A stretch of 58,552 bases of DNA from a virus (IMGVR_UViG_3300033181_000002:1-58552); one strand, 5' to 3'; shown: positions 8,487-18,355, counted from the stretch's first letter. Notes: generated by a model from the letters alone, not told the origin. Translations and numbers: made by a program.

Positions 8487-9229
8487 CAACGTGCCCGCTG
8501 GTCGCCGTGCCGAGCATCCAACGCGGCGGACACGGGGTCTGGCTCGGAACCCCAAGTGCTGCCGCGAAGCTCTCGGATTTCGCGGACGGCGTCCGCCAAG
8601 GGGCGATCCTCGAGGACCTCGAAAGAAGACACCTTGAACCGGTCTAGGCTCCAAAGACCGTCCTCGGAGCGCCGCCAAGTCCCCATCCCGAGCAGCCGGA
8701 TCGTGGGGCCGAAAATCAGTGGCCCAAGGCGCCGCCCCATCTCACGGTCGGTGTCGATCGCCGAAAGGACCGCGTCTCCCGTCTGCAGGCTGAGATGGAC
8801 GGTCTCGTCACGGCCGCCAATGCGGATGATCTCGCCATCCAGGATGCCCTGCTCTCTGATGCCGACGTATTCGACAGGCCGCGGCCGATCTCTGCCGGGA
8901 AATCTGACCACGACACCTTGCTCGATCCCCCGCACCAGCCCAACGGCGTTGTCGGTGGCGAGCATGGCGTCGAGCTTTTCGTACGCGGACCGAGCGTCGG
9001 CGGGTGCCTGGCCGGTTCTGATGCCGCGCAATCGTTCCACGACTTTCGGCTTCGCAGTGTCGGCCACCCGCGACACCAGGATCGCGCTCCCCTTGCGAAG
9101 CCGCTGAAAATGAACGCTGTTCGACTCGCCGTACAGGCGGGCCGCCTCTATCATGTACTCTCCCAGCCGCTGCTGTGGCAGCGTCTCGGGTGTCCAGACA
9201 TCGATCTTGAACTCCAGGTCCTTCGCCAT
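8486..9229 (-). CDS. Hypothetical protein translationally coupled to the PIN gene
   Basis: TGATG overlap at 8484-8488; directly downstream of cI. Confidence 0.75.
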   Translation of the reverse strand: MAKDLEFKIDVWTPETLPQQRLGEYMIEAARLYGESNSVHFQRLRKGSAILVSRVADTAKPKVVERLRGIRTGQAPADARSAYEKLDAMLATDNAVGLVRGIEQGVVVRFPGRDRPRPVEYVGIREQGILDGEIIRIGGRDETVHLSLQTGDAVLSAIDTDREMGRRLGPLIFGPTIRLLGMGTWRRSEDGLWSLDRFKVSSFEVLEDRPLADAVREIRELRGSTWGSEPDPVSAALDARHGDQRAR

Positions 9230-9347
9230 GCTGTGGTTCCCAGAACCCTGATGGCCTGAGACTATCACAGCGCCGACTCACGGGCCATCCGACCGCTTCT
9301 CGCGCCTGCTCACCGCCGGCGCACCTTGGTCGCTGCATCCGGCGCGC

Positions 9348-9677
9348 TCACCCTTCCGTGCCCTTGAGGTTGCGCATAAACTCGACGGCGCGGCTGCGGT
9401 CCTCGGGCCGCAGGCTGTCGAGCAGTGCCCAGGGCGTCTCGCCGTCGAGCGGGTTGCGGTAGAGCAGGTCGGCCGGCTCGCAGCGGAGCGCTTCGGCCCA
9501 GGCGTAGAGACTCGACTGGTTGAAGAGAACGTGTCCGTTTTCCAGCTTGGACACCGAACTTTTCGTGGTGTCGAGGAGGTCGGCCAACTGTTCCTGCGTG
9601 AGCGCGCGAAACTCCCGCCACTCCCGAAAGAACGTCTTGCGCGGCCGAGCCGACCTTTGACCGATCCTGACCACCAT
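9348..9677 (-). CDS. CI-like XRE-family repressor (no peptidase domain)
   Basis: REWREFRALTQEQLADLLDTTKSSVSKLENG HTH; divergent from cro. Confidence 0.85.
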   Translation of the reverse strand: MVVRIGQRSARPRKTFFREWREFRALTQEQLADLLDTTKSSVSKLENGHVLFNQSSLYAWAEALRCEPADLLYRNPLDGETPWALLDSLRPEDRSRAVEFMRNLKGTEG

Positions 9678-9711
9678 GTCGGGATCTTAGCTTCGGGACA
9701 GCCGTCGAGCG

Positions 9712-9763
9712 TTATCTGGCTCGGAAACTTTCGCTTGCCAAACGAGTATCTGTGACAGACACT
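9712..9763 (+). promoter_or_regulatory. OR-like operator pair and rightward promoter
   Basis: TTATCT-GGCTC-GGAAAC (9712-9728) and GTATCT-GTGAC-AGACAC (9746-9762) match the OL dyads; TTGCCA (9735-9740)-17 bp-GACACT. Confidence 0.65.
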
Positions 9764-9770
9764 GGTTGAC

Positions 9771-9995
9771 GTGATGAACAACTCGATTCGCATCTACCGC
9801 GCAAAGCACGGCATGACCTTGAGCGCCTTCGCCGCGATGGTGGGGGTCCAGAAGGCGGCCGTTTACAAGTGGCAGCGGGGTATCGGCCCCTCGATCGACC
9901 TCGCGAGAACCATCGAGGAGAAAACCGGGTGCGAAATCCGCAAGGAGGAGCTTCGCCCCGACATCTGGGAACCCACCCAGGAGGCCTCGCCATGA
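9771..9995 (+). CDS. Cro-like HTH regulator
   Basis: MTLSAFAAMVGVQKAAVYKW HTH; C-terminal ELRPDIW typical of Cro/YdaS. Confidence 0.85.
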   Translation: MMNNSIRIYRAKHGMTLSAFAAMVGVQKAAVYKWQRGIGPSIDLARTIEEKTGCEIRKEELRPDIWEPTQEASP

Positions 9996-10003
9996 CGAGC
10001 TCG

Positions 10004-10282
10004 CTAGTGCGTGATCTGGCCGGGGACGTCGGGTGTCTCGGGCGGCGCCGAGGCGCCGTTGCGGCGGGCGTCGAGCATGCGCTGCACCGCGGCGTGGGCC
10101 AGGGCCAGGGCCTCGGGCGTCATGACGACCCGGCCGACCGCCACGTGTTCGGTGCCTTGCGGGGCCTGCCCCAACTGCGGCTCTTCGACCAGCAACGTCA
10201 GGTGGACCATCCCGGCGATGACCTGGACGTCGACGGCGTCGCAAAACAGCGGCGTGTTCAGCGTCTTCTCGAACACTTCCAT
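10004..10282 (-). CDS. Hypothetical protein
   Basis: Globular-looking 92-aa ORF antisense to the operon. Confidence 0.45.
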   Translation of the reverse strand: MEVFEKTLNTPLFCDAVDVQVIAGMVHLTLLVEEPQLGQAPQGTEHVAVGRVVMTPEALALAHAAVQRMLDARRNGASAPPETPDVPGQITH

Positions 10283-10694
10283 GGCCCCGGTCCCTGCCGG
10301 CGCGCCCGCTTGCAGTGTGACGGAAACGCGACGAACCCAGGGTTGGGTTCCAGCACGACACGGCGCTTTCGGTCAGCCGGCAGGCTTTTTCGCGCGAGGC
10401 CCGCATGATGGGGCGGCTCCTGTTCGACTGTCTCGACATCAACCTGATCGCGATGCTGCTCCTCGCCTTCCGAATCGCGCGGGCGGTGGCCCCCGTCCCG
10501 CGCGTGGGGCCGTCCGACGTCCGCCGCATCGCGTCGGACGGCCCTCGTTCTTCCGCCGGTCGCGCCACCGCCAGCAAGCTGCGCGCGATCCGGCCGACTC
10601 TCCTCCGCGAGACGCCATGAGCCTCGTCGCTGCCTTTCCCCGCGCCACCGCCGTCAGTCCCGGCTTCGATAACGAAGCACGGGGGACTGACGGG

Positions 10695-11084
10695 ATGCGG
10701 ACAAAGATCGCCCGAAAACGGGCAATCACAGGCGACGACGACATGGCCGCGGCGCGGCCGGCGGTGGCGCGCCTGCTGCGCTACGAGGAGGTCTTCGCGG
10801 GCTCGCGGATGCGGGCCTACGAGCGCGTGGGCGAGCTGATCGACGAGGGCGCGTCCTGGGTGCGGCGGCTCGTCGGCGGCAGCGAGCGCGTCACGGTGCG
10901 GCGCTGCACCTGGCTCAACATCGCGGCGGCCTATGCCACGCTGTGCGAGCGGATCGAGGCCGCGGCGGAACACGAGCGGGGGCTCGAAGCACTGCTGAGG
11001 AGCGAGACCGATGCGGCTCTGGACAGCGATCTCGGATTGGTGGCGGGCGCGGCGGCGCAGACGCGCGGCGGAGCATCGTCGTGA
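10695..11084 (+). CDS. Putative CII-position regulator
   Basis: Position after cro and an HTH-like segment; assignment by synteny only. Confidence 0.45.
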   Translation: MRTKIARKRAITGDDDMAAARPAVARLLRYEEVFAGSRMRAYERVGELIDEGASWVRRLVGGSERVTVRRCTWLNIAAAYATLCERIEAAAEHERGLEALLRSETDAALDSDLGLVAGAAAQTRGGASS

Positions 11085-11353
11085 GCGCCCGGCGGCACGA
11101 CCGCGCGACGGCCCTGGCGCCTAGCGGCGCGGGGCCTGAGACCCGGCTCGGGGAGCTGTTGCTCGGCTTGTTGGGGCGCGCCCTCGCGCTGCTGGTCCGG
11201 CCACTGCCGTGGTTCCTGGTCCCGCGCCCCGTCCGGCACCACCGGGCCATCGCGGCTGCGTGCGGCCCCGCCGACCGCCTGCGTGCCCTGCGCATCGCCT
11301 GGGGCGAGATCCGGGCGCGCTACCGCACGAAACACATGCCGGTGCCGGCATGA
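11081..11353 (+). CDS. Hypothetical protein
   Basis: GTGA/ATGA coupling at both ends. Confidence 0.45.
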   Translation: MSARRHDRATALAPSGAGPETRLGELLLGLLGRALALLVRPLPWFLVPRPVRHHRAIAAACGPADRLRALRIAWGEIRARYRTKHMPVPA

Positions 11354-11550
11354 CGGATCTCTTCGCCCCAATGCCGCCGGCGCCTCGCTCGACCGCCTCC
11401 TCGGCGGCCCTGCGGGCCTTCGATCCGCGCCACCACCGCTGCCACTGCGGCGCGTGGGGCAGCCGCTCGCCGAACCATTTCGCCGACAGGCCCGGGCAGT
11501 GGTTCTGCCGGGCGCATTATCCGGCCGAGCCGAACGAGGGGCGGCCGTGA
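11350..11550 (+). CDS. Small Zn-finger-like protein
   Basis: CHCGAWG...WFCRAH. Confidence 0.5.
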   Translation: MTDLFAPMPPAPRSTASSAALRAFDPRHHRCHCGAWGSRSPNHFADRPGQWFCRAHYPAEPNEGRP

Positions 11551-12725
11551 ACGCCCTCGCGATGCCGCTCCTCGCATCGATGGCGGCACAGGGCGGCCTG
11601 CCCGCCTACGAGGCGATGCGCCACGCCGTGGCTCGCTGCGCCACCATCGATGAGGCGGCGGAGATCCGGGACAAGGCCGCGGCGCTGGCCGCTTATGCGC
11701 GCCTGCGCGACGACGCCGAACTCGAAGTGTGGACGCAGGAGATCAAGCTCCGGGCCTGCAGGCGCATCGGCGAACTGGTCCGCGAGCTCGACAGCTTCGA
11801 GCGCACCAGGACCGATCTGCACGACAGTGCTGTCGTGCAGAAGACGGCGGCAATCGCGGACGCGCGGCTCAACCTCAGGACCGCGCAGCGCTACCAGGAG
11901 CTCGCCGGCCCCCGCGGGGACGATCTGCAGGCGGCCGGCTCGGCGGCGGCCGAGAGCTATTTCACGGACGCCCGCGCCGCGAAGATCCCGGCCACGCAGG
12001 CGGGCCTCAAGGCCGCCGTGACCACGGCCGTGCATGACGCCATGGGCCCGACCGAGATCCGCCGCGCCGCCAAGGATCTCGCGCGGGAGACCGCCTTCAT
12101 CAAGGCGGCGCGGCGGGACGAGCGGGAGGTGCGCCTCGGCGAGGCGACGCGCGTCGCCGGCGCGCGGCTCGGGTCGCGGCTCTATGGCGTGCTCTACGCC
12201 GATCCGCCGTGGCGGCGGGACGTCTATTCGCGGCAGACCGGGTTGGATCGGGCGGCCGAGAACCACTACCCGACCATGCCGACCGAGGACATCTGCGCGC
12301 TCGCGGTGCCGGCCGCGCCGGACTGCGCGCTGTTCCTGTGGGCGACGGCCTCGAAGCTGCTCGACGCCCTGCTGGTCGTGGAGACCTGGGGCTTCGCCTA
12401 CAAGACTCAGCTGATCTGGCGGAAGCCGCACCTGGGCACGGGCTACTGGGTCCGTGACATGCACGAGATCCTGCTGATCGGCACGCGCGGCGACGTGCCG
12501 GCGCCGACGCCCGGCACGCAGTTCCCCTCGGTGGTCGAGGCCCCGCGCGGCCGGCACAGCGAGAAGCCCGACGTCGTCGCCGAGATGATCGCCCGGATGT
12601 TCCCGACCGTGCCGAAGGCCGAGCTGTTCGCCCGGGCGCCGCGTCCCGGCTGGGACGTGTGGGGCAACGAGGCCGGGGACATCGCGGCGGGCGATTTCGC
12701 GGCGGATGGGAGTGCGGCCGCATGA
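11547..12725 (+). CDS. MT-A70 family adenine methyltransferase with N-terminal phage domain
   Basis: YADPPW, HYPTM, LFLWAT, HE.LLIG.RG, HSEKP and ELFAR...GWDVWGNE. Confidence 0.9.
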   Translation: MNALAMPLLASMAAQGGLPAYEAMRHAVARCATIDEAAEIRDKAAALAAYARLRDDAELEVWTQEIKLRACRRIGELVRELDSFERTRTDLHDSAVVQKTAAIADARLNLRTAQRYQELAGPRGDDLQAAGSAAAESYFTDARAAKIPATQAGLKAAVTTAVHDAMGPTEIRRAAKDLARETAFIKAARRDEREVRLGEATRVAGARLGSRLYGVLYADPPWRRDVYSRQTGLDRAAENHYPTMPTEDICALAVPAAPDCALFLWATASKLLDALLVVETWGFAYKTQLIWRKPHLGTGYWVRDMHEILLIGTRGDVPAPTPGTQFPSVVEAPRGRHSEKPDVVAEMIARMFPTVPKAELFARAPRPGWDVWGNEAGDIAAGDFAADGSAAA

Positions 12726-13051
12726 ACGCGAGGGTCGAGGACGTGATAACGGCCGAGCCGGTCGACGACGGCTGGGAGTGGATGATCGTCGAGGTGATGG
12801 GCCACCGCCGCCATGCCGGACGCTGCCGCGAGGAGGTGCGGTTCGGCGGGACGTTCCTGCGCATCGACGTGCCCAACAAGGGCGACCCCGACCAGCACGG
12901 CTGGACCAGCCACTATTACCCGCCGACGGCGCTGTTCGGCTTCGCGCCGGCCGAGCGGGACGTCTGTCTCGCGGCCAACAAGCCCTACGCGGGACCGTCG
13001 CGACTCGCGCTGCTCTACGACGAAAACGAGGCATACGATGAGCCGGTCTGA
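12722..13051 (+). CDS. Hypothetical phage protein
   Basis: WMIVEVMGHRRHAG...FLRIDVP; ATGA coupling. Confidence 0.65.
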   Translation: MNARVEDVITAEPVDDGWEWMIVEVMGHRRHAGRCREEVRFGGTFLRIDVPNKGDPDQHGWTSHYYPPTALFGFAPAERDVCLAANKPYAGPSRLALLYDENEAYDEPV

Positions 13052-13478
13052 CGCCGCGGCCGGCACCGCTTCCGATAACCCGGCTTCCCGGAAGCTATCC
13101 GCCCCGCTCGAGACGGCGCTCGCCGAGCTGATCGACGTCGCCCTGGAAGCCGTGGGCACGCACGATCCCCGTCTGGTGGACGCGCTCGACGGGGTCCGCG
13201 CGGCGGCCGCCCGCGAGCTGCTTCCAGCCGAGATGACGCCCGAGATCCGCGAGGTCCTCGGCCTCATGAACTTCCGCACCGGGCCGCTCGCCCACCTGTT
13301 CCGCGCCGCCGGCGCCGACATCCGGACGAAGTGCGAGGACGAGCAGGCCTTCGTCCTGTTCCGCTTCCTCCACCTCGCCCTGAAGCACGGCGCCGGGTGG
13401 CGCGAGGCATCGGTCACCGACGTTCAAGAAGCGCTCGCGGTCGCAAAGACTAAGCTGCCTGCGGAGTCCCAGTCATGA
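13038..13478 (+). CDS. Hypothetical protein (starts with the dyad-encoded ASDNPASRK)
   Basis: Coupled ORF carrying a dyad site at 13068. Confidence 0.6.
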   Translation: MSRSDAAAGTASDNPASRKLSAPLETALAELIDVALEAVGTHDPRLVDALDGVRAAAARELLPAEMTPEIREVLGLMNFRTGPLAHLFRAAGADIRTKCEDEQAFVLFRFLHLALKHGAGWREASVTDVQEALAVAKTKLPAESQS

Positions 13479-14178
13479 GCCGCGCGCTGAAACGCGTCCC
13501 ACTCGACTTCGCCCATCCCGTCGGCGAAGTCTGGTCCGGCTACGTCAACGACGTTGGACGCGCCTGCGAAGCCTGTGGTGGCGGGGGCGCCACGAAAGCC
13601 AGGACCGGCTGGCCGATCTCGTGTCGCTCATCCTGCTGTCGGGGGCGGATGCTGCGCGCGGACGCTGCCACCCCTACTTCCTGACCGTCTCCGTGCATCG
13701 CTCGCAGGGCGTGACGCCCTCGCCCGACATGATCGCGCTGACGACAGGCCTTGCCGGTCGAGGACCATCGTCCATGGGCCATGACAGTATCGACGGCCAT
13801 GTCGCGACGAGGAAGATCGTGGTGGCGGCCGGCCTGCCGGACACATGGGGCCAGTGTCCCGTTTGCGAGGGGAAGGGCCAGGACCCCGTCACTCAGGTGG
13901 CCTCCGATGCGTGGGCGCCGACGGAGCCGCCCACCGGCGACGGTTGGCAGATGTGGGAGACGACCTCCGAAGGCTCGCCGATATCGCCCGTCTTCGCCAC
14001 GCCGGAGGCGCTGGCCCGGTGGCTGGCCGACACCAACGCGAGCGCCTTGGGCAGCCGAGGCGCCTCCTACGACGCCTGGCTGAGCATGATCCTTGGTCCA
14101 GGTTCGGCGATGTCCGGCCTAATGGTCGACGGCAAGATGATCAGTGGTGTCGCAGCGGGAGTGCTCACCCGTGGCTGA
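13475..14178 (+). pseudogene. Frameshifted phage hypothetical protein
   Basis: N-terminus (KRVPLDF..P...VWSGY) in the 13475 frame; the rest (EPPTGDGWQMWETTSEGSPISPVF) in another frame; shift near 13600. Confidence 0.65.
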
Positions 14179-14992
14179 CGCGCTCGACCGGATCGCCTAC
14201 CCCAAGCGGCCGGCGCTGTGCGTCGAAGACGACGTCGTGGCCGTGCTGGCTCGCGCCGGGACGAACGGCGACACGCTCGTGTTGCCGGCCGAGCTCGAGC
14301 GCAGACTCTACGTCCGCGTCGACAAGGTGCTCGCCGCTGCCGGCGGCCACTGGAATCGATGGCGGGCCAAGCATGTTTTCGCCGGCGGCGACGCCGCGGC
14401 CGCGATCGAGCCGATACTGGTCACGGGTACGCTGGTGCTGCCGCCCGACCTCGGTTGGTTCGCGACGCCGCCCGGGCTCGCGGCCGAGCTGGTGCGCCGC
14501 AGCGGCGCTCGCCCGGGTTCGCGCCTGCTGGAGCCGTCGGCCGGGGAGGGCGCCATCGTGCTGGCCGCCCTGGCGGCCGGTGCACGGGTCGCGGCGATGG
14601 AGATCGACCCGCTCCGCTTCGCGACCTTGTTCACATTGGCTGACGATCCCACGCGGCTTCTCTGCCAAGCCGGCGACTTTCTGGCGCAAAACCTCCTGCC
14701 CAACTTCGACCAGGTCGTGATGAACCCGCCGTTCGCGCCACGTCGGACGGACGTCTTCCACGTCCGCCACGCCCTAGGATCGCTGCGCCCGGGTGGCCGG
14801 CTCGTCGCCGTGATGAGCGCCGGCACATTGTTCCGCGCCGATCGGGAGACGGACGCCTTCCGCGACCTCGTCTGCGGCCTGGGCGGCACGATCGAGCCGC
14901 TGCCCGACGACAGCTTCGCGGCCTCCGGCACGCATGTCCGGACCGTGGTGGTGACAGTCGACAAGCCGCGCCCGGGCAGGGGGTTTGCGTGA
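14171..14992 (+). CDS. SAM-dependent (N6-adenine-type) DNA methyltransferase
   Basis: LEPSAGEGAI, VVMNPPF and GGRLVAVM motifs. Confidence 0.85.
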   Translation: MADALDRIAYPKRPALCVEDDVVAVLARAGTNGDTLVLPAELERRLYVRVDKVLAAAGGHWNRWRAKHVFAGGDAAAAIEPILVTGTLVLPPDLGWFATPPGLAAELVRRSGARPGSRLLEPSAGEGAIVLAALAAGARVAAMEIDPLRFATLFTLADDPTRLLCQAGDFLAQNLLPNFDQVVMNPPFAPRRTDVFHVRHALGSLRPGGRLVAVMSAGTLFRADRETDAFRDLVCGLGGTIEPLPDDSFAASGTHVRTVVVTVDKPRPGRGFA

Positions 14993-15909
14993 TGGCCGTG
15001 CCGCGCCTCGACGCTCAACCGCGCCGCCCGGCCGTCCGATGGCACGGCGGCAAGTGGCGGCTCGCGCCCTGGATCATCGAGCATTTCCCGCCACACCTCG
15101 CCTACGTCGAGCCGTTCGGCGGTGGTGCGTCGGTGCTGCTGCGCAAGCCCGTGAGCTATTCCGAGGTTTACAACGACCTCGACGACGACGTCGTGGGGCT
15201 GTTCCGGGTGCTGCAGGAGCCGATGCAGGCCGCGCGGCTGCGCGCGCTGCTTGACCTGACGCCCTACGCTCGGCGCGAGCTCGAGATGGCCTACGAGCCG
15301 ACGGTCGACCCAGTCGAGCGGGCGCGGCGCCTCGTCATCCGCGGCGCCATGGGCTTCGGTTCGAACGCGCACGTCTCCATCGATCGCGGACACAAGACGA
15401 CGGGGTTCCGCGTCACGGCCCACCGCGCCCGGAACACGACGCCGGCGACCGACTGGGCGAACTACCCGGCCGCGCTCGACGCCGTGGTGGCGCGTTTCCG
15501 GGGCGTCGTGGTCGAGCACCGCGACGCGGCCGAGGTCATGGTCCAGCACGACGCGCCCGAGACGCTGTTCTACCTGGATCCGCCCTACCAGCACGAGCTG
15601 CGGTCGCTCGGGAACCGCTACGATTTGCAGCTCCGCTTCTACCGGCACGAGATGGATACGGCGGCTCACGCCGCGCTGCTCGCCTTCGTCCTCACCCTTC
15701 GGGGCATGGTCCTGATCTCGGGCTACCCGAGCCCGCTCTACAACGAGGGCCTGCCTGGGTGGCGCCGGGTCGAGACGGCAGCCCGGATCGATGGAGGCGG
15801 CCACCGCACCGAAGCCCTCTGGATCAACCCCGCTGCGGTGGCGGCCATGGAAGGCGCGCTGCAATGCCTCAAGACCCTGCCCCTGTTTGCCGAAGGGAGG
15901 CCGCTTTGA
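14989..15909 (+). CDS. Dam/D12-class DNA adenine methyltransferase
   Basis: GGKWRLA, YVEPFGGGASV, YND and FYLDPPY motifs. Confidence 0.92.
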   Translation: MMAVPRLDAQPRRPAVRWHGGKWRLAPWIIEHFPPHLAYVEPFGGGASVLLRKPVSYSEVYNDLDDDVVGLFRVLQEPMQAARLRALLDLTPYARRELEMAYEPTVDPVERARRLVIRGAMGFGSNAHVSIDRGHKTTGFRVTAHRARNTTPATDWANYPAALDAVVARFRGVVVEHRDAAEVMVQHDAPETLFYLDPPYQHELRSLGNRYDLQLRFYRHEMDTAAHAALLAFVLTLRGMVLISGYPSPLYNEGLPGWRRVETAARIDGGGHRTEALWINPAAVAAMEGALQCLKTLPLFAEGRPL

Positions 15910-16217
15910 GCGCTTCCGATAAACTCCCTTCCCGGAAGCAACCCGGCAATCCGGACTGCCTGCATTGCAGGTTGGTCGAAACGATCTACGCGCATTTCGA
16001 CGCGAAGGGAGCCGTGGCGGACGGCGAAACAGTGCTGGACATGCAGGAAGTCGCGGAGAGCGTCGGCCAGGTCCTGGCCGAGTTCTTCGCCGGCCATGAC
16101 GACAAGAAACAGCGCGATCGGCGGCTGAAGGAGCTGTTCCACGCTGTGCGCGACGAGATCCCCGTGATCCGCGGACGCGGCGACGGCGCCTTCCCCCGAC
16201 ACGTGGAGCTGCACTGA
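15906..16217 (+). CDS. Hypothetical protein
   Basis: TTG start overlapping the Dam stop; dyad site at its 5' end. Confidence 0.55.
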   Translation: MSASDKLPSRKQPGNPDCLHCRLVETIYAHFDAKGAVADGETVLDMQEVAESVGQVLAEFFAGHDDKKQRDRRLKELFHAVRDEIPVIRGRGDGAFPRHVELH

Positions 16218-16642
16218 TGGCTTACTCTCAGGCGTCTTCCCGGAAGCGTCAGCAGGTCGGGCACCCGGTCACCCCCGGCGGTCTGTCCGAGCAAGACCAC
16301 GACCGCATCCACGCGCTCGCCGACCGGGGCTGGTCCTGCTCTCGGATCGCCTGCGCGATCACGAAGCATCCGGGGACGGTCTACTGGTTCATGTGCCGCG
16401 AAGGCCTGATCGCGCCGAAGCAGACCGACACTCCAAAGGTCTACAGCCGGGGCGGCCGCGTCGTCCGGCGCTTCGGCCGCGAGGAGGACGCCTTCATCGT
16501 GGCGCTGCGCGTGCAGGGCTACGGACCGACTGCGATCACCGATCTCGCGGCGAAGCGCTTCGGCTTCGCCCGGCCGCTTCACAGCGTCGTCTGTCGGCTT
16601 GTCATGCTGGCCGGCCTCGAGAGCCGTGAGGAGGCCGCATGA
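16217..16642 (+). CDS. HTH-containing hypothetical protein
   Basis: Two GWS..RIA / GYG...I HTH-like segments. Confidence 0.6.
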   Translation: MAYSQASSRKRQQVGHPVTPGGLSEQDHDRIHALADRGWSCSRIACAITKHPGTVYWFMCREGLIAPKQTDTPKVYSRGGRVVRRFGREEDAFIVALRVQGYGPTAITDLAAKRFGFARPLHSVVCRLVMLAGLESREEAA

Positions 16643-17520
16643 CCACCGATAAATCGTCTTCCCGAAAGCAGATCGGTTCGGTGTCAGCCGGTCTGCGCCC
16701 CGTCGCGCCCGTGCCGGCCCTCAACGTCAGGCCGAACGAGCTGGGCGGCCCGCCGCCCGAGGTGCGGTGGGTCGCACCGGGGTCGCTGCTGATCGAAGGC
16801 AGCTACCAGCGCGATCTCAGCCAGAAGAGCATGACGCTCCTGCGCAAGATTGTCGGCGGTTGGGACTGGGCCGCCATGAAGCCGCCGATCTGCGCCATCA
16901 CGGACGGGGGCGACCTCGTCGTCATCGACGGCCAGCACACGGCCATTGCGGCGGCGACCCACCCGGCAATCGGGGAGATCCCGATTCTGATCGTTCAGGC
17001 AACGGCCGTGCGCGACAGGGCGGGCGCCTTCGTCAAACACAACGCCGACCGCATCGCGATGACCTCAATGCAGGTGCATCACGCTGCCCTGGCGGCTGGC
17101 GACGAGGTCGCGGTGGCGATGGCTGAGGCCGCCCGGCGCGCGGGAGCCACCATCCTGCGCAACACGCCGCCACAGGGGCTCTACGCCGTCGGAGACACGT
17201 CCGCGGTGGCCACCCTCCGCAAGATGACGAACGAGAAGGGGCTAGTCTTCGCCGCGCGGGTGCTCCGCATCCTGGTCGGCGCGATGCGGGCGCCGCTCGT
17301 CACCGCCGAGATCAAGGCTGTCCGCGCGTTGCTGAGCGAACCCGAGTGGCGCGGTTCGATCGCCGACGAGGATCTCACCCTCCTGATCCGATCGAAGAGC
17401 ATGTCGGACTGGGAGGCTTTCGCAGAGAGCCGAGTCCGCAAGGGCCTGAAGATTCCCCTGGCCCGCGCGCTGGCGATCGCGTGGTTCCAGAACGCGCCCA
17501 AGCGGCGGAGGGCGGCATGA
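16639..17520 (+). CDS. ParB/Srx-like domain protein (DUF6551-like)
   Basis: YQR.LS, VIDGQHTAIAA and A.AFV.HN motifs. Confidence 0.75.
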   Translation: MTTDKSSSRKQIGSVSAGLRPVAPVPALNVRPNELGGPPPEVRWVAPGSLLIEGSYQRDLSQKSMTLLRKIVGGWDWAAMKPPICAITDGGDLVVIDGQHTAIAAATHPAIGEIPILIVQATAVRDRAGAFVKHNADRIAMTSMQVHHAALAAGDEVAVAMAEAARRAGATILRNTPPQGLYAVGDTSAVATLRKMTNEKGLVFAARVLRILVGAMRAPLVTAEIKAVRALLSEPEWRGSIADEDLTLLIRSKSMSDWEAFAESRVRKGLKIPLARALAIAWFQNAPKRRRAA

Positions 17521-17921
17521 CCCGCGAGGAACTCAAGCTGTCCATCCTGGACCGGGAAAACGCCGAGCTGCGGGAGCGCGTCGCCTACCTCGAGCGATGC
17601 CTGTGCGAGCCGGATGCGCGTTACGACCTGCTGGGCCTGACCGCGTCCGAGGCGCGCGTGTTCGGCTCCCTGGTCAAAAGAACGATGCTCAGCAAGGAGC
17701 AGATCGGCGCGGTTCTCTACGCCGACCGAAAGGATCGAGAGCTGCCCGATCTCAAGATCGTGGACGTCTACGTCTGCAAGATCCGCGCGAAGCTCGAGCG
17801 GTTCGGCATCCGCATCGAGACGGTCTGGGGCCATGGCTATGAGGTCAGGCCGGAGATGAAGACGCTCGTCTTCCAAGTGCTCGGCCAGTTCAGCCGATCG
17901 GCGAAGGAGATTGCGGCATGA
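17517..17921 (+). CDS. OmpR/CtrA-type winged-helix DNA-binding protein lacking a receiver domain
   Basis: LT..E, SKE, PDLKIVDVYVCKIRAKL and IETVWGHGY resemble the CtrA C-terminal domain. Confidence 0.8.
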   Translation: MTREELKLSILDRENAELRERVAYLERCLCEPDARYDLLGLTASEARVFGSLVKRTMLSKEQIGAVLYADRKDRELPDLKIVDVYVCKIRAKLERFGIRIETVWGHGYEVRPEMKTLVFQVLGQFSRSAKEIAA

Positions 17922-18355
17922 CCACCGATAAGCTTGCTTCTCGGAACGAAAGTCCGTCGCTGGACGCCGAACCCGTCCTCTCGTCCGGCAGGGTGCAGCT
18001 TCTCCTCGGCGACTGCCTGTCCAGGCCGGAGGAGGGCGGGGCGGTCGTCGTCGAGGGCGTGCGATGCGACTACGCCTTCGACAGGGCGAAACTCGACGAG
18101 CGCCGAACTGAGCTCCTCGCCATGCTGGCCGAGCTGCCGGATCAGTTCGCGACATCGTCCGGAGGCGGGTGGACGTTCCTGAATCTGTGCGTCGACCGCC
18201 ACGGACGCCAGTGGACCGACCTCCACCAGGTACAGGAGTGGCTCTGCTGCCTCGCGATCGGCGCCGGTGTCGGCCGATGGGTCCTCCCCCGACACATGTG
18301 GGAGGCCCTGCCGGGAGGGATGCCATACGTCCAGTTCGAGGGAGCCTCGGCGTGA
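17918..18355 (+). CDS. Hypothetical phage protein
   Basis: GGGWTFLNLC.D..G.QW...LPGGMPY; coupled ORF. Confidence 0.65.
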   Translation: MTTDKLASRNESPSLDAEPVLSSGRVQLLLGDCLSRPEEGGAVVVEGVRCDYAFDRAKLDERRTELLAMLAELPDQFATSSGGGWTFLNLCVDRHGRQWTDLHQVQEWLCCLAIGAGVGRWVLPRHMWEALPGGMPYVQFEGASA

